DNA of 23,340 nt from a candidate division WOR-3 bacterium (lineage in GTDB: Bacteria; Hydrothermota; Tepidihabitantia; B3-TA06), in assembly GCA_965649265.1 (NCBI GenBank), contig CBFGKC010000024.1, positions 1 through 23,340 on the forward strand, read 5' to 3'. A model generated the notes under the pieces. That model did no database searches and had not been told where the DNA came from. It worked only from the letters and a program-made list of their open reading frames with translations. Below are positions 15,782-23,340 of this stretch, one piece after another. The position numbers and the translations under genes were made by a program. Every line of letters begins with the position of its first letter. Position 1 is the stretch's first letter.

Positions 15782-16668
15782 CTAGTCTCCTCTCCCAAAA
15801 GGGCAAGACGCTCACGAGCTTTTGACGCGAGCGCGGCTGAAGCATTGACGCTTAATTTCAAAACCTCCCGGTAAGCTGCTTTGGCTCCTTCCGTATCACC
15901 TTTCTTTAACCTGATTTCTCCGGCCAGAAAGAAAATATCGTCCTTTAACATTGGCGATAGCTCCACTTGAAGTACCCTTGTCATTACGAGATCGGCGCTG
16001 TCGAGTTGCCCTCTCTGCAGAAGATCCTGGGCATAAAGGTAGCCGTTCTGGCAGTAGCGCGGTTCAAGATAGTAATGTTTTTCGTGCATTGCCTGTTCGG
16101 TTGCAATGAAGGCTTCTCCTTTGTCGCCGAGCTTTTCAAGAATTATGATCAGCTTTTCCCACGTGGTTGCGCGCATTGTTGAATCTTTCAGGGAGCCAAG
16201 GGCACGCCGATAGTAGTAAACCGATCTTCCGTACTCCCCGTATTTTTCGTAAAGATCACCCATGAGCGTATAGGCATCGCTCATGTCTATGCGTTTTGAG
16301 GTACGCATGGCGTCTTCAAAGCATTCAAGGGATAATTCCCTTTCGCCCACTTTCCCCAGTTCCAAGCCTCTCCTTTTGTATGCAATCGCTATACTGTCTC
16401 TGTACAAGGTATCTCCGGCCAGGGCTTTTTTAAAGTGAATCTCGGCCTCTGCCAGGTTCTTCAAACCCAGGTATGCTCTTCCTGTAAGATAGCTCACTTC
16501 GGGTGTAATGGCGTTTTTATCCTTGCGGAGAGGGTCAAGCTCGACAAGCGTTTTGGAGAAATCTCTCCTGTCAAGGGCTTCGTGTGCTTTTTTTATTCGT
16601 AGTTCCTCTTTTGAAGAACACGCTATGAAAAGTAAAAACAGCAACAATGTGAAAAGACGTTTCTTCAT
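15778..16668 (-). CDS. TPR-repeat lipoprotein
   Basis: MKKRLFTLLLFLLFIA-C lipobox and TPR motifs (YLTGRAYLGLKNLAEAEIHFKKAL; AYTLMGDLYEKYGEYGRSVYYYRRAL). Confidence 0.82.
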   Translation of the reverse strand: MKKRLFTLLLFLLFIACSSKEELRIKKAHEALDRRDFSKTLVELDPLRKDKNAITPEVSYLTGRAYLGLKNLAEAEIHFKKALAGDTLYRDSIAIAYKRRGLELGKVGERELSLECFEDAMRTSKRIDMSDAYTLMGDLYEKYGEYGRSVYYYRRALGSLKDSTMRATTWEKLIIILEKLGDKGEAFIATEQAMHEKHYYLEPRYCQNGYLYAQDLLQRGQLDSADLVMTRVLQVELSPMLKDDIFFLAGEIRLKKGDTEGAKAAYREVLKLSVNASAALASKARERLALLGEETS

Positions 16669-17489
16669 TTGTTAAGCTCCTTGAAGAATCGCTTGAAGAT
16701 TTTTCGCATTTTTTGAGCCGTTTGCGACGCGGCCTGGCTTATTTCCTCGAGGGTTTCGCCCTCAGGAGGTTGTGGAAGAAATATTGCCATGTTAGACACT
16801 ACAGAAACGGCGAGTATCTTCATTCCGAGCTGCACGGCAACAATAACCTCAGGGACTGTAGACATTCCGACCAGATCTCCTCCCGCGCTGTGGAAGAATC
16901 TGAGTTCTGCGGGCGTCTCAAGGCTTGGTCCGGCCACCGCGATGTACACGCCTGTTTTTGGGAGAACCTTTTCAGCAAGCGCCGCAATTGTGAATCGCTC
17001 CATTAGGGTAGGGTTATAAGCCTGGCTCAATGCCGGGAATCTTGGGCCGGCTTTTTCATCGGTAAAGGCGCGCAGGGGATTTACACCCATGAAATTTATA
17101 TGATCCGAGATTATAACAATATCACCTATCTTGAAATGAATATTTAGAGCTCCCGCTGCGTTTGTAACAACAAGCGTCTCGGCACCGAGTTCGTGTATGA
17201 CCCTTAAAGGATAGGTGACTTCATCCATTGAGAAACCCTCGTAAAAATGCGGTCTGCCTTTCATTACGGCCAGGGGATAGCCCTCCATGCGACCTATCAC
17301 CAGCTCCCCCTCGTGTGTTGAAACCGTAGGTGTCGGAAAATGAGGAATGTGGGAGTAAGGTATTGTTACTGCTTCGTCAAGATCGTCTACAGCATCTTTA
17401 AGTCCTGTTCCAAGAATTACTAATCCTTTAGGAATAAGATTCGTGGTGGAACGTATGAAAGCAAGGCTTTCCTCAATTTGCTGTCGCAT
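16665..17489 (-). CDS. punA: Purine-nucleoside phosphorylase (trimeric, PunA/XapA type)
   Basis: ILGTGL, IPYSHIPHFP, GRPHFYEG, TNAAGAL, DHIN, GPSLETPAE and VGMSTVPE. Confidence 0.94.
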   Translation of the reverse strand: MRQQIEESLAFIRSTTNLIPKGLVILGTGLKDAVDDLDEAVTIPYSHIPHFPTPTVSTHEGELVIGRMEGYPLAVMKGRPHFYEGFSMDEVTYPLRVIHELGAETLVVTNAAGALNIHFKIGDIVIISDHINFMGVNPLRAFTDEKAGPRFPALSQAYNPTLMERFTIAALAEKVLPKTGVYIAVAGPSLETPAELRFFHSAGGDLVGMSTVPEVIVAVQLGMKILAVSVVSNMAIFLPQPPEGETLEEISQAASQTAQKMRKIFKRFFKELNK

Positions 17490-17946
17490 CCTCTTTAGTC
17501 TCCTTCTTTAGTCTTTCAACGATCTTTCCGTAGCTGTTGAACAAATTTTCCATCTCCTCGAGAAAAGCCATTTTTTGACCCCTAAGGCTCTGAATAGTTG
17601 AACGCAGACGCTCAAGCTCATGCTGTGCCGACGCAAGGGTTTTCTCCGCTTCAAGTTTGGCTTCTTCTCGTACACGCTCTGAATCCTCCACCGCTCGCTG
17701 TCTGAGCTGTTCTGCCGTTCCATGACCCTGGGTTAGGGTTTGTTTCAGAACCTGTTCCATCTGCTTGAATTCCCCTATTTCTTCCTCCATATGGAGGATT
17801 TTGCGTCGCAGAGATTCTCTTTCGTTGTGAAGTGTTTCGATCTCTTCCGCTAATTCGAGCAGAAACGTCCTGACTTCTCTGGGATCAAATCCCCGTAAGA
17901 CGAGTCTAAACTCTTTCTTGCGAAGTTTATCCGGTTCTGTAACCAT
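17473..17946 (-). CDS. DivIVA domain-containing coiled-coil protein
   Basis: PDKLRKKEFRLVLRGFDPREVRTFL matches the DivIVA N-terminal motif, followed by coiled coil. Confidence 0.9.
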   Translation of the reverse strand: MVTEPDKLRKKEFRLVLRGFDPREVRTFLLELAEEIETLHNERESLRRKILHMEEEIGEFKQMEQVLKQTLTQGHGTAEQLRQRAVEDSERVREEAKLEAEKTLASAQHELERLRSTIQSLRGQKMAFLEEMENLFNSYGKIVERLKKETKEDATAN

Positions 17947-17951
17947 CTCGT

Positions 17952-17979
17952 AGTTTACCTAGCAAGGCAAGACTGTCAA
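17952..17979 (-). promoter_or_regulatory. Sigma70-type promoter, predicted leaderless, for divIVA-punA-...-nadD
   Basis: Minus strand TTGACA (17979-17974), 16 bp spacer, TAAACT (17957-17952), 5 nt, then ATG 17946. Confidence 0.72.
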
Positions 17980-17987
17980 CGTTTTCC

Positions 17988-19499
17988 TCAAATCTCATGT
18001 CTGGCCAGATTGGCATAAAGCGATGCCGGATCCTTTACTATCAGTTCTTTGAAAATCTCTTTTGCTTCTTCATTTTTTTTCATCTTGTCTCTCAGCAAAA
18101 GAGCCATTTCAAATAGAGCGCGGGATGCCAGAGGACTTTGATAGAAGTCAGAAGCAAGTGTGAGATAACATTTTTCGGCATTCTTGAATTGTCGAAGCTT
18201 GACCTGGCATTCGGCTTCAAGGAGAAGGGCTTCATCGGCGATTTCGGGTGATGCCTTTTGAAGCTTTTGAGCACGGTCAGCGGCATCCTGCGGGTCACCC
18301 CATTGGTATGCAGCTACGGCCTCGGCATATTGCCCGGCGTATTCAGGCAGTGTAATACTGACTTTGTACATGAGGATTATGTCATTTTCGAAAGAACTGC
18401 CAGGATAGCGCACTAACACTGCGTCCATGCAGTGCTTGAGGGAGTCGTTGTTCCCCGCAGCTGCCGCAAGTAATGCTTTTGCAAAAAGTACCTGATCGTC
18501 CTCCCCTATGCCGGTCAAATACCGGATCGCCTTATCTTTCTCTCCCATCAGAAGTTCAAGGGCTGCGATTTTTACACTCCATTTGGTCCTGACCCCTTTT
18601 TGACTCGTCAAGTCGTCAAAAATCTCAACAGCTTCGGCATATGTTGATTTTGACAGCGAGAGAATGTGTGCCAGAAGTTCCTGTGCTTCCTGAGAATCTT
18701 TCCCGCGTAGCTGCTTTTTCGCTTCGTCTGTGTGTCCAAGTATAGCAAGCATCCTTGCTTCGTCGATATCCATCCCGGCCTTTTGGTAAGCAGTAAGGGC
18801 GGCATTGAAGTATTCAGCCTGTTCGGCCGTCCTGCCCATAGTCTTTAGCTCGTCTTTATCTTTTGTTTCGCTTATGACTTTCAAAAGAGAAGAGGTGTCG
18901 CCTGTCTCTACAAAAGTTGTGAAACCGGCGTACCCTTTAACGGATTTCAATCTGGACGAGACTTTTTCCTTGCCCAGACGATCGGATAGTATGTCTATAT
19001 AACGTTTGAATACTGATGCATCGCCGCCTGTCTCAAGGGCCGCGCGTATCTCTTCGATTGCTTTGTTATCCTCGTTACGCCGGATATAAAAGTCTGTCAG
19101 GAGCTCGGCGTGAAGCGTAGGATTCGATGTTCGTTTGCGCTCCTCCTTAACGAACCAGGTCAATTCCTCCACTTCAAGTTCCTTTAACGTGAATATTATT
19201 TCACTGGCCCAGTCAGGAGACTTCTTGTAGAGTTCCTTGAACTGTTTAAGGGCCTCCTGCTCTGAACCTGCCATCAGAAGGCCCTCGGCGCATCCGTAGA
19301 GCAATAAGTTGTTGCCTGGATTCTCCGCAAGCCATCTAGTGCTGTTTTGGTTCAGCCTTTCACCAAGATTCTGCTGGCGGCAGTAATAGAGGTACCTTTC
19401 GTAGGTCTCTTCGTCAAAGGCGGTTGTCAGACGTCCCTCAAAGCTGGTAACGACATCCTGACTTGCAGCGATAAGCAGTAACGAAAGGAACACGCTCAA
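17988..19499 (-). CDS. Secreted TPR-repeat protein
   Basis: Signal-like N-terminus and a helical TPR pattern ending in IFKELIVKDPASLYANLAR. TTGA overlap with the upstream gene. Confidence 0.8.
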   Translation of the reverse strand: MSVFLSLLLIAASQDVVTSFEGRLTTAFDEETYERYLYYCRQQNLGERLNQNSTRWLAENPGNNLLLYGCAEGLLMAGSEQEALKQFKELYKKSPDWASEIIFTLKELEVEELTWFVKEERKRTSNPTLHAELLTDFYIRRNEDNKAIEEIRAALETGGDASVFKRYIDILSDRLGKEKVSSRLKSVKGYAGFTTFVETGDTSSLLKVISETKDKDELKTMGRTAEQAEYFNAALTAYQKAGMDIDEARMLAILGHTDEAKKQLRGKDSQEAQELLAHILSLSKSTYAEAVEIFDDLTSQKGVRTKWSVKIAALELLMGEKDKAIRYLTGIGEDDQVLFAKALLAAAAGNNDSLKHCMDAVLVRYPGSSFENDIILMYKVSITLPEYAGQYAEAVAAYQWGDPQDAADRAQKLQKASPEIADEALLLEAECQVKLRQFKNAEKCYLTLASDFYQSPLASRALFEMALLLRDKMKKNEEAKEIFKELIVKDPASLYANLARHEI

Positions 19500-22400
19500 T
19501 CCTGCTCCAGAAGAGATTCGATATAGTTTCTTGCAAAGCGCTTGTAATCTTCGGAGTATTGCGACCTCTCGATGCGCAAGAGTTCCTTTTTAAGCCATAA
19601 ATCACGTTCCCCTGCGTCTCTCGGTAACGTGGGTGAAGAAAGACCCTTCCAGGTGCTTCCTATCTCACGCTCCCTTTCCCTTGTTTCGTCTTTCTTTCTA
19701 AGAACATTCCGGGCGTCAAGAAGCCTCCTGAAAACCTGCTCGCCCCTGTCCACTAGCTCCCTTTGTCCCACATATCGTGACATATCTTCTTCCATTCTTT
19801 TCATCTCCTCGATTATTCCCTCGAGCATACCCGATAGTCCGGGTTCCTGTCCGCCGCTCTTGGAAAGCTCCTCCAGTTCTCGGCGCAGCCCAGCTTGCTC
19901 CGCGAGCATTTCTCCCAGAGCCGCTTGTTGTTCCGCCGTCATCTGTCCCGATATCGGCAACGGGAAGATGCCCGACATTTGCTGGTTCAATGAAAGCTGG
20001 GCGAGACTCATTTGTGAAAGGGCGTTGAGCATTTCCTCCAAACCTGTTGATGAGCTGCCGGACTGACTGGAGTTGCGGGCGTAGGCTTCAAGCAGGGAAG
20101 CAGCCGCTTTGTCTATTGAAACCTGCGCTGCTTTACCATAATCGGTAGCACTTGCCTTTCGATCGTCAATCAGGTTCTCCTTAAAGGCTGCCTCGCTTCG
20201 TGAGGCCTCGGCAAGATTCTGCATGGCATCGCGAGGTACATTGAAACTCCGACTCGCGAGTTGGTAGATGTTCTCCTTTGAACGCTCAAGGGAGCGTTCA
20301 AGCTCGGCAGCTTTGGCCGCGGCTTCGAGTGATGGAGTAGAACCAAGATTTCGGGTTAGCTTCTCCTGCTCCTCGCTTAACAGCAGTAGTTCGCGTGCGG
20401 CAAGCGCCATCTCCTTGTTTAGCTGATTTTGTCTCGAGCGTTTGAGATTCGAAGCCATCTGGCCGAACTGCATCGAGGCTTGTTTCAGGTTTTTGCTTAA
20501 TTTGCGGGCACTTTCTTTATCCACAATTGACTTTGCCAGACTTTTCTCGATCTTCTGGCTAAGGCTCGTGTTTTCTCCCGACATCTCCCTGGAAAGCTCG
20601 GAAAGCTCTTCGGACATCTGGCTCTCAGCAAGGTTCTCAGAAAGCTCCTGTGCCGATTTTGCCAGTTCCTCAAGACCTTTTTCTATCTCCTTTTGCCTGG
20701 CCTGAGCGTCCTCTGTCGAAAGATTTGAGGATTCCTTGATCAGGTTATCCTCCATTTCCGCAAGAGCTTCGGCTTTCTCGGCAAGTTCAGAAAGCGACTG
20801 CTCCTCGAGAAACCGCTCGAGAACGGCCATAGCCTGCTCGAGCTGGTTTCCCAGGTCCCGGCTGAGTGAAGAGGTCTTGTTAAGTTCCTCAGCCAGGCGA
20901 TTTGGGTCGTTCTTCAAGGCCTCGGCCAGGTCCTCTAGCTTGGAGCGCAGTTCGGGAGGCATGAGGTTTGAAAGCATCTGGCTAAGGGATGCAAGTTTTG
21001 CCGCGGTCTCGGGGTCAGTAATCGCGCTCTCCTGCAGTTTTTCAAGAAACTTCCGCGTTTCTCGGGCAAGGCTGTCAACCGAACCCATGAGATTCTTCTG
21101 CTCTTCAATTATCTCCTGCAGCCTGGCCTTCTCTTCCGGTGATAAGTCCCTTTGGGACCTGAGCTTGGATTCGATGCGCGAAAGTTCGGCACCCAGCTCC
21201 TGCTGTCGCTCACCCAGGGTTGAGAGTTCCCCCTGGGCCTGGGAACCATATTTCGTCACTTCTGAAAAAGCCTCGTCAATACCGGGAAGTCTTATTCTGT
21301 AAGTCTTGCTGCGTCCCCACTTGGGGCCAAGAACGGGATCATTATCCGAAACCTCCACGTAGTACGTTATCTCATCGCCCGGAAGGAGATTGAGTGATCC
21401 TAAGTCCCAGATATAGAATAAAGTATCCTCCCTTCTCCCTCCCGATTTCCCGATCGGTATCCTTTGCCCGTTCGGCCCGGATGCAACCAACGCCGCCTGC
21501 CCGAGACCGTAGTCGTCCGCGAGTTCCACCCCTATCGTAAGTTCCATTGATCTGTCTACTTCCGCGTCTTTGCCCGGCATGAACACGTACACAAGGGGCA
21601 CATAGTCCGTTCTTGCATCCACGTTTACTTTTCGTTCTACTTTCATGCCCGTCCTGCTTGTAAGTGACAACAATACGTCTGTTTGACTGGTGAAATCGAA
21701 TCCTCCCTTGAAATCCCTTCCGTCCACCTCAATTTTGACCACCGAGTCGCCAATCTTCAAGGCGGCGTCTGTAAGTTCAGCGGATGCCGACCCTGTGAAC
21801 GAAACGGCGCTCCCCGGAAGAGCGGCAAAGCCGAACCCGCTTGAAAGCTTTGGTTTTTCCCCGGTATAGGGGGGAGGGGTAGTCGTGAATGCGATGTTAG
21901 TGACGTCGAATGGCTGATTTACACCGATGTAAACCTCGCCCGAACTTCGCCCGAGTCGCGAGAACTTGAACTTCGTCTCATCAGTCAAATTCAACCTAAC
22001 CTTGGCAATGCCATCTCTTACTTTTACCCTCGAGTGCGAGATTCTTTTGCCCTCTATCTTCTCCAAATACACAAAACCCAACTTTACAGGGGCCGTGATC
22101 CTGGCCGCAACTTCCGCAGATGCGCCTTTTTCGAGCAATGTGTCCGGTGTCAGGGATTCAATCCGTAAGTCGAGTCGTGCGGGCGCGAATACGGCGTCAA
22201 AACCGAAACGCATTCGCGCGGGCAGCGCCACACTTATCGCAGTTATCGCGATTACTGCAGTTGCAGCGATTCCCAGGGAATAAAAAAAGTTCCTGCGTTC
22301 CTTTTGAGTCGAAAGCTTCTTCCCGTCCAGCCGATTCTCGATAAGTCCAATATAATCGCCGCTTAGTTCGTCAGAGTAAACTTCTCTCGGATTCCTTTTT

Positions 22401-22684
22401 GCAGAAAGATCCGCCGCGGTTGAAAGCCGGTCCTGCCACGACAAGTCGCGTAACTCAGCGGATCTGGCAATGTCATAGGCCGAAGGTCTGCGCGTGAGCC
22501 AGAACGCCGTGAGCGTAAGCGGCACAAAGAGGACAACATACGGCCAGGCTGATAAGAGCAAAAACGCGGCCGCGCTCGCGAGTGTGGCTGCAGCCGCGAA
22601 AAGCATCGCAAGGGAAAGCACAGTGAGCGTATCCCTTGTCTGCCTGTAACTTGTAAGTCTCGACTTGAGCTTTGCACCGGTCAT
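19496..22684 (-). CDS. DUF4175-like large membrane-anchored protein (TM + Ig-like + long coiled coil)
   Basis: N-terminal TM helices, 'DRLSTAAD', 'TPPPYTG', 'DDYGL', 'PGDEITYYVEVSDND...GPKWGRS', then Q/E/L-rich coiled coils. Confidence 0.75.
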   Translation of the reverse strand: MTGAKLKSRLTSYRQTRDTLTVLSLAMLFAAAATLASAAAFLLLSAWPYVVLFVPLTLTAFWLTRRPSAYDIARSAELRDLSWQDRLSTAADLSAKRNPREVYSDELSGDYIGLIENRLDGKKLSTQKERRNFFYSLGIAATAVIAITAISVALPARMRFGFDAVFAPARLDLRIESLTPDTLLEKGASAEVAARITAPVKLGFVYLEKIEGKRISHSRVKVRDGIAKVRLNLTDETKFKFSRLGRSSGEVYIGVNQPFDVTNIAFTTTPPPYTGEKPKLSSGFGFAALPGSAVSFTGSASAELTDAALKIGDSVVKIEVDGRDFKGGFDFTSQTDVLLSLTSRTGMKVERKVNVDARTDYVPLVYVFMPGKDAEVDRSMELTIGVELADDYGLGQAALVASGPNGQRIPIGKSGGRREDTLFYIWDLGSLNLLPGDEITYYVEVSDNDPVLGPKWGRSKTYRIRLPGIDEAFSEVTKYGSQAQGELSTLGERQQELGAELSRIESKLRSQRDLSPEEKARLQEIIEEQKNLMGSVDSLARETRKFLEKLQESAITDPETAAKLASLSQMLSNLMPPELRSKLEDLAEALKNDPNRLAEELNKTSSLSRDLGNQLEQAMAVLERFLEEQSLSELAEKAEALAEMEDNLIKESSNLSTEDAQARQKEIEKGLEELAKSAQELSENLAESQMSEELSELSREMSGENTSLSQKIEKSLAKSIVDKESARKLSKNLKQASMQFGQMASNLKRSRQNQLNKEMALAARELLLLSEEQEKLTRNLGSTPSLEAAAKAAELERSLERSKENIYQLASRSFNVPRDAMQNLAEASRSEAAFKENLIDDRKASATDYGKAAQVSIDKAAASLLEAYARNSSQSGSSSTGLEEMLNALSQMSLAQLSLNQQMSGIFPLPISGQMTAEQQAALGEMLAEQAGLRRELEELSKSGGQEPGLSGMLEGIIEEMKRMEEDMSRYVGQRELVDRGEQVFRRLLDARNVLRKKDETREREREIGSTWKGLSSPTLPRDAGERDLWLKKELLRIERSQYSEDYKRFARNYIESLLEQD

Positions 22685-22687
22685 TTA

Positions 22688-22906
22688 TCACTCCTCATCG
22701 CATTTCCAGCCTTCTAAGTCCTCTTTTATACGAAAGTAACGGTTTCCGCACCTCACTCTAATTAGACGATAATTCTCACCCGTGGTTGCATCAAAAACCA
22801 GTGAATCTTCGACTACCTCATCAACAGTAAGTCGTTCGCTGTCAACGACTAACGCATGCGCACGTTCGTCCGCCTTCGTTCCGGCGAACCACTCGACGGC
22901 TATCAT
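22688..22906 (-). CDS. Small hypothetical beta-rich protein (DUF6504-like family, tentative)
   Basis: 72 aa. 'VEWFAGTKADER...V.EVV...' resembles the small 'YSGYKADERP' family. It is the first gene after a strong promoter. Confidence 0.7.
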   Translation of the reverse strand: MIAVEWFAGTKADERAHALVVDSERLTVDEVVEDSLVFDATTGENYRLIRVRCGNRYFRIKEDLEGWKCDEE

Positions 22907-22911
22907 ACACG

Positions 22912-22940
22912 ATTATAGGTCTCATTTGCCAACACGTCAA
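22912..22940 (-). promoter_or_regulatory. Sigma70-type promoter, predicted leaderless
   Basis: Minus strand TTGACG (22940-22935), 17 bp spacer, TATAAT (22917-22912), 5 nt, then ATG 22906. Confidence 0.85.
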
Positions 22941-22947
22941 GAGCCTT

Positions 22948-23000
22948 CCTCAGCCCCCCTCAGCCCTCCTCAGAGTCCCTCCTCAGAAGTCCCCCCTCAG
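22948..23000. repeat. Five-copy CCTCAG (CTGAGG) direct repeat array
   Basis: CCTCAG occurs at 22948, 22958, 22968, 22981 and 22995 (spacing 10, 10, 13, 14). Confidence 0.85.
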
Positions 23001-23008
23001 AGAGAATA

Positions 23009-23030
23009 ATTGCAATGACTCTTTTGCAAT
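23009..23030. promoter_or_regulatory. Operator-like inverted repeat ATTGCAA-N8-TTGCAAT
   Basis: Perfect 7-bp arms about 70 bp upstream of the -35 of the minus-strand promoter. Confidence 0.4.
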
Positions 23031-23043
23031 CAGGCGAGGCAAA

Positions 23044-23216
23044 CTTCAAACCGCCTTTTAGACAATCGGGGTCCCCGCGACATGAAATGACGACGCTTGC
23101 GGAGTAACTGCGGAGCAGACGTTTGGGGTGAAAACCGAGAGCTGGTTTAATCCAGCGCGTCAAAAATGTGGATAACTAAGTGGGACAAAAGATGGTCAAA
23201 AGATGGACATTTCGGG
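23044..23216 (-). repeat. Dispersed intergenic element, copy B (inverted relative to copy A)
   Basis: The minus strand reads CCCGAAA TGTCCATCTTT TGACCATCTTT TGTCCCACTTA G TTATCCACA TTTTTGACGCG ... TTAAACC ... GCTCCGC ... ACCCCGATTGTCTAAAAGGCGGTTTGAAG, collinear with 494-640. Confidence 0.9.
23167..23175 (-). promoter_or_regulatory. Consensus DnaA box TTATCCACA
   Basis: TGTGGATAA on the plus strand is an exact match, within element copy B. Confidence 0.65.
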
Positions 23217-23226
23217 TTTTTTTCTG

Positions 23227-23259
23227 CCCCAAAGGACTGCTAGAAGCAGTCCTTTGGGG
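23227..23259. repeat. Perfect GC-rich hairpin (REP-like)
   Basis: CCCCAAAGGACTGCT-AGA-AGCAGTCCTTTGGGG forms a 15-bp perfect stem with no 3' U-tract on either strand. Confidence 0.75.
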
Positions 23260-23340
23260 GCCCCGACTCGAGTCCAGATTAACGGTTTGTGGGCAGGTTT
23301 GAAGAAGCGCGTCAGGGTCACCCTCACCCGGCTCTGCCGA

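Noticed and set aside
20517-20525. Third perfect DnaA box TTATCCACA
   Set aside because: It lies inside the DUF4175-like CDS (IVDK codons) without the 11-bp array, so it may be chance.
19572-21302. Ser-rich plus-strand ORFs (164 and 188 aa)
   Set aside because: They are antisense shadows of the Glu/Leu-rich coiled-coil gene.
22960-23163. 67-aa minus-strand ORF
   Set aside because: It runs across the repeat element and CCTCAG array, with no RBS or protein-like signature.
494-23216. Composite transposon or prophage bounded by the inverted repeats
   Set aside because: The cargo is essential housekeeping genes, with no transposase, integrase or phage genes, and no shared flanking target duplication seen.

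Overview
Mostly housekeeping chromosome of a diderm bacterium. An FCB-allied candidate lineage such as WOR-3 is inferred from the T9SS-like C-terminal sorting domain, the PorV-like protein and the TPR lipoproteins; this is not proven. Plus strand: partial CTD-bearing gene; tRNA-Leu(TAA)-rnc-prsW-mgtC; HAMP-GGDEF cyclase plus PorV-like barrel/TPR gene; thrS-infC-rpmI-rplT-pheS (no pheT); TPR lipoprotein-pyrK-pyrD-pyrF(frameshifted)-pyrE. Minus strand, converging at about 14.06 kb: 72-aa protein, DUF4175-like protein, TPR protein, then divIVA-like, PNP, TPR lipoprotein, bamD, nadD and a hypothetical. The most unusual signals are non-coding. (1) A roughly 150-170 bp element occurs at both ends of the window in inverted orientation. 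Each copy has a perfect DnaA box flanked by an 11-bp-period array of box-like 9-mers (4 vs 3 units), a nearby GC-rich hairpin, and an inward-facing promoter about 100 bp away. (2) All four protein-coding operon heads with a recognisable sigma70 promoter look leaderless. (3) The likely rnc start codon begins 2 nt after the discriminator base of a CCA-less tRNA.
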